A stretch of 38,378 bases of DNA, from NCBI GenBank assembly GCA_022763265.1, contig JALEGR010000043.1, positions 1 through 38,378 on the forward strand, given 5' to 3'. This DNA is from Minisyncoccota bacterium. GTDB taxonomy: Bacteria; Patescibacteriota; Minisyncoccia; Phycocordibacterales; CAJQIN01. Below are positions 1 to 9,532 of the stretch, one piece after another. A program made the translations under genes and the position numbers. Every line of letters starts with the position of its first letter. The first letter of the stretch is position 1. The notes under the pieces are model-generated. The model ran no database searches, was not told the DNA's origin, and saw only the letters and a list, made by a program, of their open reading frames with translations.

Positions 1-522
1 CATAACAAATGGTCAAAAATTAAACATAAAAAAGCAGCTACAGACGCAGCAAGGAGTAAGGTTTTTTCTAAACTAAACAGACTGATCACTGTTGAGGCTA
101 AGAAATGTGGGAGTGATGTAAGTTCTCCCGGACTAAAAACTGCTATTGAAAAAGCAAAAAAAGCCAACATGCCAAATGACACCATAGACAGGGCGGTAAA
201 AAAGGCTGCTAGCGACAATGGTGCGGATGTGTCACCTGTTAGATATGAAGCATATGGACCCGGAGGTGTAGCAGTTGTCATTGAAGGGCTGACAGACAAT
301 AACAATCGAACAGCTGCAGAGATCCGACATATTCTTTCAAAAAATAACAGCCAGTTAGCCGCAGAAGGTTCGGCTCTATGGGCTTTTACAAATACCGAAG
401 GAGAATGGCAAGCTAACAATACTGTTCCACTTTCTGATCAAGACGCAGATAAACTTTCTAAGCTAGTCGATGAATTAGAAGAAAACGAAGACGTCCAAGG
501 TGTCTTTACAAATGCAGAATAA
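1..522 (+). CDS. yebC: YebC/PmpR-family transcriptional regulator (5' partial, runs off window start)
   Basis: Frame 1 is open from position 1. The translation HNKWSKIKHKKAATDAARSKVFSKL...ANMPNDTIDRAVKKA...GVFTNAE fits the YebC/DUF28 family pattern. It sits immediately upstream of ruvC, a common arrangement. Confidence 0.85.
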   Translation, partial: HNKWSKIKHKKAATDAARSKVFSKLNRLITVEAKKCGSDVSSPGLKTAIEKAKKANMPNDTIDRAVKKAASDNGADVSPVRYEAYGPGGVAVVIEGLTDNNNRTAAEIRHILSKNNSQLAAEGSALWAFTNTEGEWQANNTVPLSDQDADKLSKLVDELEENEDVQGVFTNAE

Positions 523-982
523 AAGAATACTAGCAGTTGATCCGGGCTATGAAAGACTAGGTATAGCTGTTTTAGAAAATGATAAACTACTTTTTTCTGA
601 ATGTTTCAAAACAAAAAAAGAAGATCTTCATCATGAGAGGATAAAGCAAGTTGGAGAAAGGATACAAGAAGTTATTGATAAATACAATCCAGAAATATTT
701 GCAATAGAAGAATTATTTTGGGGCACAAACCAGAAAACTGCCCTTTTAGTAGCTGAAACAAGAGGAGTTCTTTTGTTTGTGGCAAGTAGAAATAAACTAA
801 CTGTAAGAGAATTTAAACCAGTAGAAGTAAAAATTGCTATTACAGGCTATGGAAGAAGTACTAAAAACCAGATAATGAGTATGGTTCCTAAGATAATAAA
901 AATAGAAAAAGATATAAAATCTGATGATGAGTTTGATGCTATTGCTGTTGGGATTACCTGTTTCCAAACAAGAATAAGTTGA
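512..982 (+). CDS. ruvC: Crossover junction endodeoxyribonuclease RuvC
   Basis: The N-terminus KRILAVDPGYERLGIAVLE carries the RuvC catalytic Asp motif, and there is a C-terminal DDEFDAIAVG acidic motif. ATG at 512 is preferred over GTG at 500 from the ORF track. The gene overlaps the yebC stop. Confidence 0.9.
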   Translation: MQNKRILAVDPGYERLGIAVLENDKLLFSECFKTKKEDLHHERIKQVGERIQEVIDKYNPEIFAIEELFWGTNQKTALLVAETRGVLLFVASRNKLTVREFKPVEVKIAITGYGRSTKNQIMSMVPKIIKIEKDIKSDDEFDAIAVGITCFQTRIS

Positions 983-1075
983 CTTATTTTTTCATAATGC
1001 TAATATCTTATGGCTGTTGGACAACAGGAGCTGAGTCCTTCAGTAGACGGCTACGGCCAAAAGCAGGCTCCACGA

Positions 1076-1112
1076 CCCTACGAACGGCAGTTCGTAGGGT
1101 CTTTTTCTTTTT
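1076..1112 (+). terminator. Rho-independent terminator after ruvC
   Basis: 10-bp perfect stem CCCTACGAAC / GTTCGTAGGG with loop GGCA, followed by TCTTTTTCTTTTT. Confidence 0.7.
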
Positions 1113-1278
1113 CCACACCCAAGGATATTTGCAAAAGTAAATAAATTTGTTACAAATACAGGAAATAATAATTTTGTAACAACATGAACGAAGACGAGCT
1201 TTTACTAGATGATGAAACACAAGAAGATGAAGAGGGTTTGTTTGACCCAGATGATTATGATCTTAATGAGGAGGATGC

Positions 1279-2481
1279 TTAGATAACTTTTATTTCCAAA
1301 AAGTTTTTCTTACCTATTCTAATTTTTATAGGCTCGCTAACTAAATATTTAAAGTCTGTAATTTTACTATCAGACCCCAGATTATGTATTCCACCCTCTT
1401 CGGCAAATCGTTTGAATTCTGTTTTAGAGGAAAGGATTTTTTCATCAACCAAAACATCTGAAAGAAGCCTATTTTTCTCTACAGTAACCACCTTTATATC
1501 TTCAGGTATCTCCTTTTTACTAAAAGTATTAACAAAACCCTCTTCTGCTTCTCTGGCAGCAGCAGAATTATGGTAAATTGAAACAATTTCTTTAGCTAAT
1601 CTCATTTTTGCAGACCTTGGATCGTTACCAGAAAGAATGGAGTCTATCTCTAGTTTTTCTAAATCAGTACAAAGAATAAAATATTGTGGTAGCAACTCAT
1701 CTTTAATCGACATAACCTTTCCATACATTTCTTTTGGAGAATCTATAATGTTTATGACATTACCCCAAGAGGTAGACATCTTTCTTCCATCTGTTCCTTC
1801 TAGCATTTTTGTAGTTAATATATCCTGCTCTTTCTTTCCAAAGTGTTTTTGTACAATTCTTCCAGCTTTTAAGTTGAAAAGCTGATCAAATCCTCCAAGC
1901 TCTACATCCGCTTCCACCTTAAGAGAATCATATCCTTGCATTAGTGGATACAGAAACTCCCTAAGAGATACTTCTTCTCCCCTATCTATTCTCTCCTTAA
2001 AATTTCTCCTATTTGCCATCTGACCAACAGTAAAACTCTCAGCCAATTCTGCCGTTTCTTTAAGCGTTAGATTTGATAACCAAGAACTGTTGTATAGAAA
2101 CTTTACCTTAGATAAATCTAAAATCTTTCCTAATTGTTCTTTGTAGTTTTTTAGATTCTCCGCTATCTTTTCACTTGAAAGAAATGGTCTTTTCTCTAAC
2201 TTATCAGAAGGATCTCCAATTTGAGCAGTAAAGTCACCGACAATGAATATAATATTGTGACCTAGATCCTGGAATGCTTTTAGTTTACGTAAAACTATTG
2301 CCCTACCAATATGAATATTTGGTCCTGTCGGGTCAAACCCAAGTTTTATATTCAACCTTCTACCAGATTTTAGTTTTTTCTCTAGAGACTCTTTAACAAA
2401 AATATCCTCAACCCCTCTTTCTAGGATCTTTTGTATCTTCTTTGGATTAGTATCAATTTTTTGGCTAAAAATCCTAAACAT
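1279..2481 (-). CDS. tyrS: Tyrosyl-tRNA synthetase
   Basis: Class I aaRS motifs are present: HIGR (HIGH) and KMSTS (KMSKS). GFDPTGPNIHIGRAIVLRKLKAFQDLGH...IVGDFTAQIGDPS is the TyrRS pattern. There is a C-terminal S4-like tail. Confidence 0.88.
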   Translation of the reverse strand: MFRIFSQKIDTNPKKIQKILERGVEDIFVKESLEKKLKSGRRLNIKLGFDPTGPNIHIGRAIVLRKLKAFQDLGHNIIFIVGDFTAQIGDPSDKLEKRPFLSSEKIAENLKNYKEQLGKILDLSKVKFLYNSSWLSNLTLKETAELAESFTVGQMANRRNFKERIDRGEEVSLREFLYPLMQGYDSLKVEADVELGGFDQLFNLKAGRIVQKHFGKKEQDILTTKMLEGTDGRKMSTSWGNVINIIDSPKEMYGKVMSIKDELLPQYFILCTDLEKLEIDSILSGNDPRSAKMRLAKEIVSIYHNSAAAREAEEGFVNTFSKKEIPEDIKVVTVEKNRLLSDVLVDEKILSSKTEFKRFAEEGGIHNLGSDSKITDFKYLVSEPIKIRIGKKNFLEIKVI

Positions 2482-2580
2482 ATCACCATTTTACACTTTG
2501 AGAGCTAAAATTCCACCTGTGTTGACGTTTGGTTAAAAACAAGTAGTATTCTAGGTAGAAACTCTGGAAAGGAATTAAAT

Positions 2581-2898
2581 ATGTCCCAAAAAGAAGAAGG
2601 TATCGATGATATTCTTGGAACCGACTATTTCTCCCCGGAGCTGTTACGGAGAAACAACGAAAAGTTTGTTGCCAACACGATTGAAAGGATGTTTCTAACG
2701 CAGTTATTAGTGTTATCTTCATTAGTTTTTAGTCTTGTCACTATGCTCTGGTCATACTTTATTGAGATCAAAATACTCCAGACCATTGTCTTTGGAGCAG
2801 CAATTCTTTTACTTCTCTTTGTAACTGCCTCTATCTTCATGTCGTGCTTAGCCTTAAGAAGCATGCTGAGGATATACAAGAACAAAACCCCCGCCTAA
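2581..2898 (+). CDS. Hypothetical small membrane protein (2 predicted TM helices)
   Basis: 105-aa ORF with two hydrophobic stretches, followed directly by a terminator. No family recognised. Confidence 0.45.
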   Translation: MSQKEEGIDDILGTDYFSPELLRRNNEKFVANTIERMFLTQLLVLSSLVFSLVTMLWSYFIEIKILQTIVFGAAILLLLFVTASIFMSCLALRSMLRIYKNKTPA

Positions 2899-2909
2899 GC
2901 GGGGTTTTT
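2884..2909 (+). terminator. Rho-independent terminator
   Basis: AAAACCCCCGC CTAA GCGGGGTTTTT; the stop codon lies in the loop. Confidence 0.7.
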
Positions 2910-2930
2910 CAAATCTGCTAAACTATATCT

Positions 2931-5375
2931 ATGCGAAAAAAGACTTTCAAGAGACTTGTTTCAATAATAATTGCTTTGGGAATATTTTCATTAGGAATCG
3001 TTGTTTTATGGATATCTACCTTTGATATACCAACACTAGATTCTTTTAATGATCGAAAGGTTGTAGAGTCAACTAAAATATACGACCGAACTGGAGAGAT
3101 TCTTCTTTATGATGTGTATCAAGACATAAAAAGAACCGTTATACCTTTTGAAGAAATATCGGTAAATATAAAAAATGCAACAATAGCCATAGAAGATACT
3201 GAATTCTATAACCACAGTGGCATAAGACCACTAGCATTTCTTAGAGCTGTTATAACAAACCTCATAACCCTAGATCCATATGGACAAGGTGGTTCAACAA
3301 TAACTCAACAGGTTGTAAAAAACTCTCTTTTGACTCAAGATAAAAAAATCTCAAGAAAACTGAAAGAGTGGGTACTTGCTGTTAGGCTAGAGCAAATCAT
3401 GAAAAAAGATGAAATCTTAAACATCTACCTAAATGAAAGCCCGTATGGTGGAAGTGTTTATGGGGTCGAGGAAGCAAGTCTAAGATTCTTTGGTAAAAGT
3501 GCCAGAGACCTAGATATTGCCGAAGCATCTTACTTAGCAGCACTACCACAAGCACCAACCTACTACTCCCCTTACGGAAACCATTTAGATGCCTTAGAAA
3601 ATAGAAAGAACCTAGTTCTAAATAGAATGCTCTCAGAAGGTTTCATAACAAACGAAGAGTACGACACTGCAAAAGAAAAAGTAGTTGAGTTCCAACCACA
3701 ATCTGAATATGGAATAAAAGCTCCTCACTTTGTAGTTTATGTAAAAGAAATACTGGCAGAAAAATATGGTGATGATGTTGTAGAAAGTGGTGGATTAACA
3801 GTTATAACAACTCTTGATTACAGTCTCCAGGAAAAAGGGGAAGAGATTGTAAAAAAACATTCATTAGAAAACGCAGAGAAGTTTGATGCAGAAAATGCCG
3901 CCCTTATAGCAATAGATCCAAAAAATGGGGATATATTAACAATGGTGGGATCTCGAGACTACTTTGATGAGGAGATAGATGGAAACTTCAATATCACTAT
4001 TGCAGAAAGGCAGCCTGGATCTGCTTTTAAACCATTTATATACGCAGAAGCTTTCAATAAAGGATATACACCTGATACAATACTCTTTGACCTAAAAACT
4101 CAATTTTCTACATCTTGTGCTCCATCAGACTTCACTAGTGAGGATGGATGTTACTCTCCAGGAAACTATGACAACGTCTTTCGAGGTCCAATGACCATAA
4201 GAGACGCTCTGGCACAATCGGTAAATGTTCCAGCGGTAAAAGCTTTCTACCTTGCTGGTAGAAATGACTCTCTTCGCTTTGCAAAAAACCTGGGAGTTTC
4301 TACACTAACAAACATAGATCAATATGGTCTAACTCTTGTTCTTGGAGGTGGTGAAGTAAAACTACTTGATATGACAAGTGCTTATGGAACATTTGCAAAT
4401 GCAGGAGTCCGACAGGAGCCTAATGCAATACTTGAGGTAAAAGATTCAAAAGGAAACATATTAGAGAAGAAAGAAATCTCTGACGGAAAAATTATAATGG
4501 ATCCAAACACTTCATACTTAATATCAGATGTTCTTTCAGACAATGAGGCTAGAACTCCAGCTTTTGGATCAAATTCCTATTTACACTTCCCAGGACGTGA
4601 TGTGGCAGCTAAAACCGGTACGACAAACGATTACAGAGACGCTTGGATACTTGGATATACTCCAAATATAGCTGTTGGGGCTTGGGCGGGAAATAACGAC
4701 AATACCCCAATGGACAAAAAAGTGGCTGGGTTCATTATCGCCCCACTTTGGAATGAGTTTATGAACGAGGTGCTGTCAGATAGATCAGAGGAAACATTTC
4801 CAGATCCTATCACCGTAGAAAACCCTTTATTTGACCTAAAACCAGTCCTTCGTGGCATTTGGCAAGGTGGTGTATCAGAGCTAACTGATACAAGAAACAA
4901 TAGTATTGCTAATGAAAATACCCCACCGTCTTATGTGAAAGAAACTGTGTCAGGTGGTGTACATTCAATACTATACTGGGTAGAAAAAGATGACCCAAGA
5001 GGCCCCTATCCAACAAGAAGAGACGACTCTCAATTTGATCTTTGGGAGTACTCTGTATCCAAATGGTCAAGGTCACAAGGTTTTTCTTCCACCGAAGTCT
5101 ATGAAAATATAGATTCAATACGGGCGGCTTTAGTAGTTCCAAACAATATTACTGTAGGGGAAGAAACAACTTTTATACTTGAATCACAAAGCAACTCTAA
5201 CATCTCTAAAGTTGATTATTATATAAATAATAATTTAGTTTCTTCAAAAACAAGTGAATTATACATGCTTAAATACATCCCTAAAAAAACTGGAAGCCAT
5301 AATATAGAAGCCGTCATCCGAACACAGAATGGTGTGGAAAAGACCGTTCAAGAGATTTTTACCGTAAGTCAGTAA
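2931..5375 (+). CDS. Class A penicillin-binding protein (bifunctional glycosyltransferase/transpeptidase, PBP1A-type)
   Basis: N-terminal TM anchor. GT51 motifs EDTEFYNHSGIRP, GGSTITQQVVKN and RKLKEW. Transpeptidase motifs SAFKPF (SxxK), SVN and KTGTT. Extra C-terminal roughly 100-aa Ig-like tail. Confidence 0.9.
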   Translation: MRKKTFKRLVSIIIALGIFSLGIVVLWISTFDIPTLDSFNDRKVVESTKIYDRTGEILLYDVYQDIKRTVIPFEEISVNIKNATIAIEDTEFYNHSGIRPLAFLRAVITNLITLDPYGQGGSTITQQVVKNSLLTQDKKISRKLKEWVLAVRLEQIMKKDEILNIYLNESPYGGSVYGVEEASLRFFGKSARDLDIAEASYLAALPQAPTYYSPYGNHLDALENRKNLVLNRMLSEGFITNEEYDTAKEKVVEFQPQSEYGIKAPHFVVYVKEILAEKYGDDVVESGGLTVITTLDYSLQEKGEEIVKKHSLENAEKFDAENAALIAIDPKNGDILTMVGSRDYFDEEIDGNFNITIAERQPGSAFKPFIYAEAFNKGYTPDTILFDLKTQFSTSCAPSDFTSEDGCYSPGNYDNVFRGPMTIRDALAQSVNVPAVKAFYLAGRNDSLRFAKNLGVSTLTNIDQYGLTLVLGGGEVKLLDMTSAYGTFANAGVRQEPNAILEVKDSKGNILEKKEISDGKIIMDPNTSYLISDVLSDNEARTPAFGSNSYLHFPGRDVAAKTGTTNDYRDAWILGYTPNIAVGAWAGNNDNTPMDKKVAGFIIAPLWNEFMNEVLSDRSEETFPDPITVENPLFDLKPVLRGIWQGGVSELTDTRNNSIANENTPPSYVKETVSGGVHSILYWVEKDDPRGPYPTRRDDSQFDLWEYSVSKWSRSQGFSSTEVYENIDSIRAALVVPNNITVGEETTFILESQSNSNISKVDYYINNNLVSSKTSELYMLKYIPKKTGSHNIEAVIRTQNGVEKTVQEIFTVSQ

Positions 5376-5607
5376 TTACCACCTTACCAAGAGCACTATT
5401 TACCTCATTAATTATTCTGTCTTTATTTATAAAAACCTGACTTTTAACTGGTCCGGTATTTTTAATGTAGCAGGTGGTATTTCTGATTTTTATATCAGGA
5501 GAGACACCTATATTTTTCTCACAAATCTCCTTTACAGTTTTCTCTACAACCTCTTTAGAGTGTAGTAAGTATTTAAATTTTTTAAGAAACCCTGATAGAT
5601 TATCCAT
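5359..5607 (-). CDS. Small protein downstream of dnaN, possibly DUF721/DciA-like
   Basis: 82-aa ORF abutting the dnaN stop with a 1-nt gap. Its position and size resemble DUF721 genes. The family assignment is not verified. Confidence 0.4.
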   Translation of the reverse strand: MDNLSGFLKKFKYLLHSKEVVEKTVKEICEKNIGVSPDIKIRNTTCYIKNTGPVKSQVFINKDRIINEVNSALGKVVITDLR

Positions 5608-5608
5608 C

Positions 5609-6706
5609 TTAGTTGCTCATTGGCATAGCTAGATACAAAAAGTTTGAGTCTGAAACACCTTTTATAATCATTGGCTTACCTTCTCCATTAAAATCAAGTG
5701 AAATGCTGTCTGAGTATATTGATTGGAAACTATCGACTATGTATTTGTGATTAAAATTCAACTCTATTTCTTCTCCAGAGAAAGCAGCGTCAATCAAAGT
5801 TGTATTTTCTCCTAAATCAGTATTTTTTGTTTGTAGAACAAACTGCTTTTCCTTTGGAGAAACTTTAAATTTTATCTTATTAAACTTATCAGAGAATATA
5901 TTAGCTGTTCTAAGAGAATTCATAAAATCTTGCTTCAGAACAGTTGCGTTTGTGCTTACCTCCTTAGGAATAATCTGCTTATAGTCTGGGAAATTACCAT
6001 CTACTAGCCTTGATGTTAGATATATTTCTTCTGTTCTAAGAGTTAATTGTCCTTCTGATATCTGAATTGATAAATCTCCAGAAACTCCGTCTAGTGTTTT
6101 TATAATTTCAACAACATTCTTTACTGGTATTAAAATATCTTGGAAATTAGGTGTTTTTTTACTCTTTATCTTCTTTTCTGCCAACCTAAAAGAGTCTGTG
6201 GCAACAAAGATAACATTACCTTCATCACTTGTTATATAAACACTGGACAGTTCCGGTTTCATATTTGATACAGAGGCAGCATAAAAAACAGATCGTATTC
6301 CATCCAAAAAACCCTCTGTATTCATTTCAAAACTTTCTCTTGATGGAATATTTGGAATAGAAGGAAAATCTTCATCTGAAACAGTTTTGATTGTTGTGGA
6401 GGTGTTATCAGATGATATGTGTAGTGTTTGGTCTTTAGTCTCAAGAGTTATCTTAGGATCAGTTAAAGTGTGTACCAAGGAGTATAGTACATTTCCCGGA
6501 ACAACAACTTTTCCAGTTTCTGTTACCTTACCTGGAACAGTTATCTCAATGCCAATGTCTAAGTTTGTTGAAGATATAACAAGGTTATCTTTTTTAACCT
6601 CAAGCAATATGTTTGAAAGTATTGGTAATGTTAAATTCTTACCAGTAATCTTTTCTGCTTTAGAGATTGCTATTTGTAGTTTTTCTTTTACACACTGTAT
6701 TTTCAT
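5609..6706 (-). CDS. dnaN: DNA polymerase III beta subunit (sliding clamp)
   Basis: 365 aa immediately downstream of dnaA. Three-domain clamp-like sequence: MKIQCVKEKL...LPILSNILLE...ATDSFRLAEK. Confidence 0.92.
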   Translation of the reverse strand: MKIQCVKEKLQIAISKAEKITGKNLTLPILSNILLEVKKDNLVISSTNLDIGIEITVPGKVTETGKVVVPGNVLYSLVHTLTDPKITLETKDQTLHISSDNTSTTIKTVSDEDFPSIPNIPSRESFEMNTEGFLDGIRSVFYAASVSNMKPELSSVYITSDEGNVIFVATDSFRLAEKKIKSKKTPNFQDILIPVKNVVEIIKTLDGVSGDLSIQISEGQLTLRTEEIYLTSRLVDGNFPDYKQIIPKEVSTNATVLKQDFMNSLRTANIFSDKFNKIKFKVSPKEKQFVLQTKNTDLGENTTLIDAAFSGEEIELNFNHKYIVDSFQSIYSDSISLDFNGEGKPMIIKGVSDSNFLYLAMPMSN

Positions 6707-6742
6707 ATTTTCTTTATATAACTCTATATCTATTATTATTCC

Positions 6743-6890
6743 TGTGGATATGGGGATAAATTTATTTAACCCTAAAATACTTACTCTTTTACAATTTTCT
6801 AAAAAAATTTTTTGTGGATAATTTTTTCATTTATGTATAACTTTTAGATTAATTATTTTTTATTAAACCTTTTCCACAACCTAATCCACA
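6743..6890. promoter_or_regulatory. DnaA-box cluster / candidate oriC in the dnaA-dnaN intergenic region
   Basis: Four DnaA boxes were read. TGTGGATAA at 6813-6821 is the perfect reverse complement of TTATCCACA. TGTGGATAT at 6743-6751, TTTTCCACA at 6870-6878 and TAATCCACA at 6882-6890 each have one mismatch. They are separated by very AT-rich DNA. Confidence 0.7.
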
Positions 6891-8249
6891 CTATACTAAC
6901 ATCGACCTAATTTGGTGTATCTCTTGTGCTAAGACATCATCTTTTCCAACAGCATTTTCAATTTTCTCACAAGAGTGTATAACGGTTGTGTGATCTCTCC
7001 CTCCCATCTTCTGTCCTATTGATGGGTAAGAGATGTTGAAGTCTTTTCTAAGGAGATACATAATGATTTGTCTTGGTTTAATAACCTCTTTTCTTCTAGT
7101 TTTTTCATATATTGTTTCCTCAGAAATACTGTAATAGTCAGAAACAATCTTTACAACTTCTTGCGGGGTCTTTGTTTTCGGCCTTTGGGAAGTATCCTTA
7201 ACCAAGTATTTTACTTCGTTTAGGGTTAGATCTTTTTGTTTCAACTCAACCTGGCAATTTATAGTGTTTAGTACACCCTCTAATTCCCTAATATTTCCTG
7301 TTATGTTTACCGCAAGGTAGTTTAGCACCTCTTCGTTTAATGAAATATTGTTTTGATCTAGTTTCTTCCTCAAAATAGCCATTCTAGACTCTAAGTCTGG
7401 TGTAGGAATATCAACAATCATACCTGCTCCGAAGCGTGATTTTAGCCTGTCTTCTAGATTATTTATATAGTTCGGGTGTTTGTCTGAGGAGAAGATAATT
7501 TGTTTGTTGTTGTCGTATAAATGGTTGAATAGATGGAAGAGTTCCTCTTGGGACTTCTCCTTTCCAGCGAAGAATTGAATATCATCCATTATTAAAACAT
7601 CATACTTTCTGTATTTTTCTTTAAAGTTGTTTACCTTACCAGAGTGAACAGAGTTAATGTAATCAGTGGCAAACTTTTCTGAGGTCACATAAAAAACCTT
7701 CTTATTCTCGTTCTTTGCAACCTGGTTTCCAACAGCCTGTATCAAATGTGTTTTTCCGTGCCCTGTGTTTCCATAAACAAAGAGAGGGTTATAAACAATA
7801 CCTGGTCTTTCCACAACAGCTTGTGCGGCAGCGTGTGCGAGCTCATTAAATGGCCCAACAACAAAAGTATCGAACATGTACCTTGGGTTCAGGTTGTTTT
7901 CCTTATTAACATAATGATCATCAAGTGGTAGGGAGTCTCTTACTGAGGTCAGGATTATTTCTTTTGGAGCACCTTTTTTATTAGGGTTGTTTTTATTAAC
8001 CACATATTCTACAGAACGAGCCTCTGGAAATAGTTCTCTAAGGGTTTTCAGTATAAAAGAGTGGTATTTATTTGAAAGCCACTCTCTAACAAAAGCGTTT
8101 GGTACTCCAACACTAATTAATCCCTCTTCTATTTTATGGATGAACGTGTCTTTGAACCAAGTGTTAAAGTTAGGTTTTGAGGTGTTTAACTCAATCTCTA
8201 TAAGTGCCTTGTCCCAAAGTTCTTTTTCGTTCATATTGTTACAAGACAT
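6891..8249 (-). CDS. dnaA: Chromosomal replication initiator protein DnaA
   Basis: Walker A GNTGHGKTHL, DDIQFFAGKEKSQEELFH, sensor/box VII region, and C-terminal DNA-binding domain ...GGRDHTTVIHS. GAGGG Shine-Dalgarno 5 nt upstream of ATG at 8249. Confidence 0.95.
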   Translation of the reverse strand: MSCNNMNEKELWDKALIEIELNTSKPNFNTWFKDTFIHKIEEGLISVGVPNAFVREWLSNKYHSFILKTLRELFPEARSVEYVVNKNNPNKKGAPKEIILTSVRDSLPLDDHYVNKENNLNPRYMFDTFVVGPFNELAHAAAQAVVERPGIVYNPLFVYGNTGHGKTHLIQAVGNQVAKNENKKVFYVTSEKFATDYINSVHSGKVNNFKEKYRKYDVLIMDDIQFFAGKEKSQEELFHLFNHLYDNNKQIIFSSDKHPNYINNLEDRLKSRFGAGMIVDIPTPDLESRMAILRKKLDQNNISLNEEVLNYLAVNITGNIRELEGVLNTINCQVELKQKDLTLNEVKYLVKDTSQRPKTKTPQEVVKIVSDYYSISEETIYEKTRRKEVIKPRQIIMYLLRKDFNISYPSIGQKMGGRDHTTVIHSCEKIENAVGKDDVLAQEIHQIRSMLV

Positions 8250-8375
8250 TATACCCTCTTGAAGTGCCTGTGGAACTTGAAGAAAATTACAATCTATGTT
8301 AATAAGTTGTTAATAAACTGTTGATTTCAAAAAGTTGATTTTTAGAAATAAGTAGTTTAGAATCTATAAACTTTT

Positions 8376-8510
8376 ATGTCCCAAACATACCAACCAAAAA
8401 GAAAGAAAAGAGCAAGAACCCATGGTTTTTTGAAGAGGCAATCTACTCCTGGAGGTAAAAATATAATTAAAAGACGAAGGAATAAGGGTAGGAAACGTCT
8501 AGCTGCTTAA
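8376..8510 (+). CDS. rpmH: 50S ribosomal protein L34
   Basis: Hand-translated 44-aa [47 protein letters not shown], below the ORF-track cutoff. Classic position opposite dnaA. Confidence 0.9.
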   Translation: MSQTYQPKRKKRARTHGFLKRQSTPGGKNIIKRRRNKGRKRLAA

Positions 8511-8794
8511 TGTTGCCCTCAAAAAACAAAATAAAATCAGGCTTTTTTAAGGAAAATAAGAAGCCTGATTTTATTAAACAGACAGACTCTGTTTCTATGA
8601 AGGTGTATAAAACAAAGAAAATGGGTGTTTCTATTATTACTCCTAAAAAAATAGCCAAAACGGCAGTAGAAAGGAATAGTATAAAGAGGAAAATCTTCCC
8701 ATTATTCAAAAGTGTCCCTAAAAATACTTATATTATTTATATAAAGACCAATAATTTAGGTAAAATTCTTGATGACATAAGAGATATGGTCTAG
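8510..8794 (+). CDS. rnpA: Ribonuclease P protein component
   Basis: The start overlaps the rpmH stop (TAATG). KKIAKTAVERNSIKRKI matches the RnpA RNR motif region. Canonical rpmH-rnpA-yidC order. Confidence 0.8.
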   Translation: MLPSKNKIKSGFFKENKKPDFIKQTDSVSMKVYKTKKMGVSIITPKKIAKTAVERNSIKRKIFPLFKSVPKNTYIIYIKTNNLGKILDDIRDMV

Positions 8795-8803
8795 AATAGT
8801 CAC

Positions 8804-9532
8804 ATGTTCACTACGCTATTAACACAACCTCTGTACAATGGACTAGTTTTTATTATGGACACATCTCCCCTATTTGATGCGGGAATGGCAGTTCTTCTAC
8901 TTACTGTGATAATTAAACTAATTCTGTTTCCTCTCTCTAAAAAGGCTGTTATTACACAGCTTAGAATGAAACAAATTGCTCCAGAGCTCGAAAAGGTAAA
9001 GGAAGAGTATAAAGATGATAAGCAGGTTCAGGCGCAAAAAACGCTTGAGCTATATAAAGAGAATGGTATAAGACCTTTTGCTAGTATCTTACTTATTTTT
9101 ATTCAACTACCTATTATCTTTGCTCTCTATAAGGTTTTTCTCCAATCAGGACTACCTGAAATTAACACTGAGCTACTATATTCTTTTGTTCCAACCCCGG
9201 AAAATGTAAATGTAATGTTCCTTGGCCTTATCGATATTACTAGTAAGAGTTGGATATTAGCAATTTGTGCGGCTGTAACAAACTTCTTCCAAATAAGGTA
9301 CTCAATGCCGGCCTATACTCCGAAGGAAGGGGCTGAAAGGACACTTAAAGACGATTTCGCAAAGAGTATGCAGCTTCAAATGAAGTATGTTTTTCCTGTT
9401 GTGGTTCTCTTTATTGCTTACAGCATCTCTGGTGCTATAGCCATATACTGGACAACAAGTAACCTATTCATGATTGGACAAGAGCTTGTTTTAAGGAAGC
9501 ATAAAAGAAAACATGAACAAGGACAAGATTAA
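8804..9532 (+). CDS. yidC: Membrane protein insertase YidC (short form)
   Basis: 242-aa polytopic protein with the 60-kDa-IMP core pattern (...LLTVIIKLILFPLSKK...QKTLELYKENGIRPF...). Synteny with rnpA and jag. Confidence 0.85.
   Translation: MFTTLLTQPLYNGLVFIMDTSPLFDAGMAVLLLTVIIKLILFPLSKKAVITQLRMKQIAPELEKVKEEYKDDKQVQAQKTLELYKENGIRPFASILLIFIQLPIIFALYKVFLQSGLPEINTELLYSFVPTPENVNVMFLGLIDITSKSWILAICAAVTNFFQIRYSMPAYTPKEGAERTLKDDFAKSMQLQMKYVFPVVVLFIAYSISGAIAIYWTTSNLFMIGQELVLRKHKRKHEQGQD

Noticed and set aside
1012-1112. Small SRP (4.5S) RNA
   Set aside because: The size is right, but the conserved helix-8 signature (GGAA tetraloop context and AGCA symmetric-loop motif) is absent on both strands. 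The 5' and 3' ends also do not pair.
1008-1220. 70-aa minus-strand ORF from the track
   Set aside because: It spans a plus-strand terminator hairpin and the inverted repeat. The translation has no features, so it is unlikely to be coding.
2482-2580. T-box leader upstream of tyrS
   Set aside because: The intergenic region is only about 100 nt and is shared with a divergent gene. No specifier-loop/T-box sequence (AGAGA..., UGGNACC-type) is seen.
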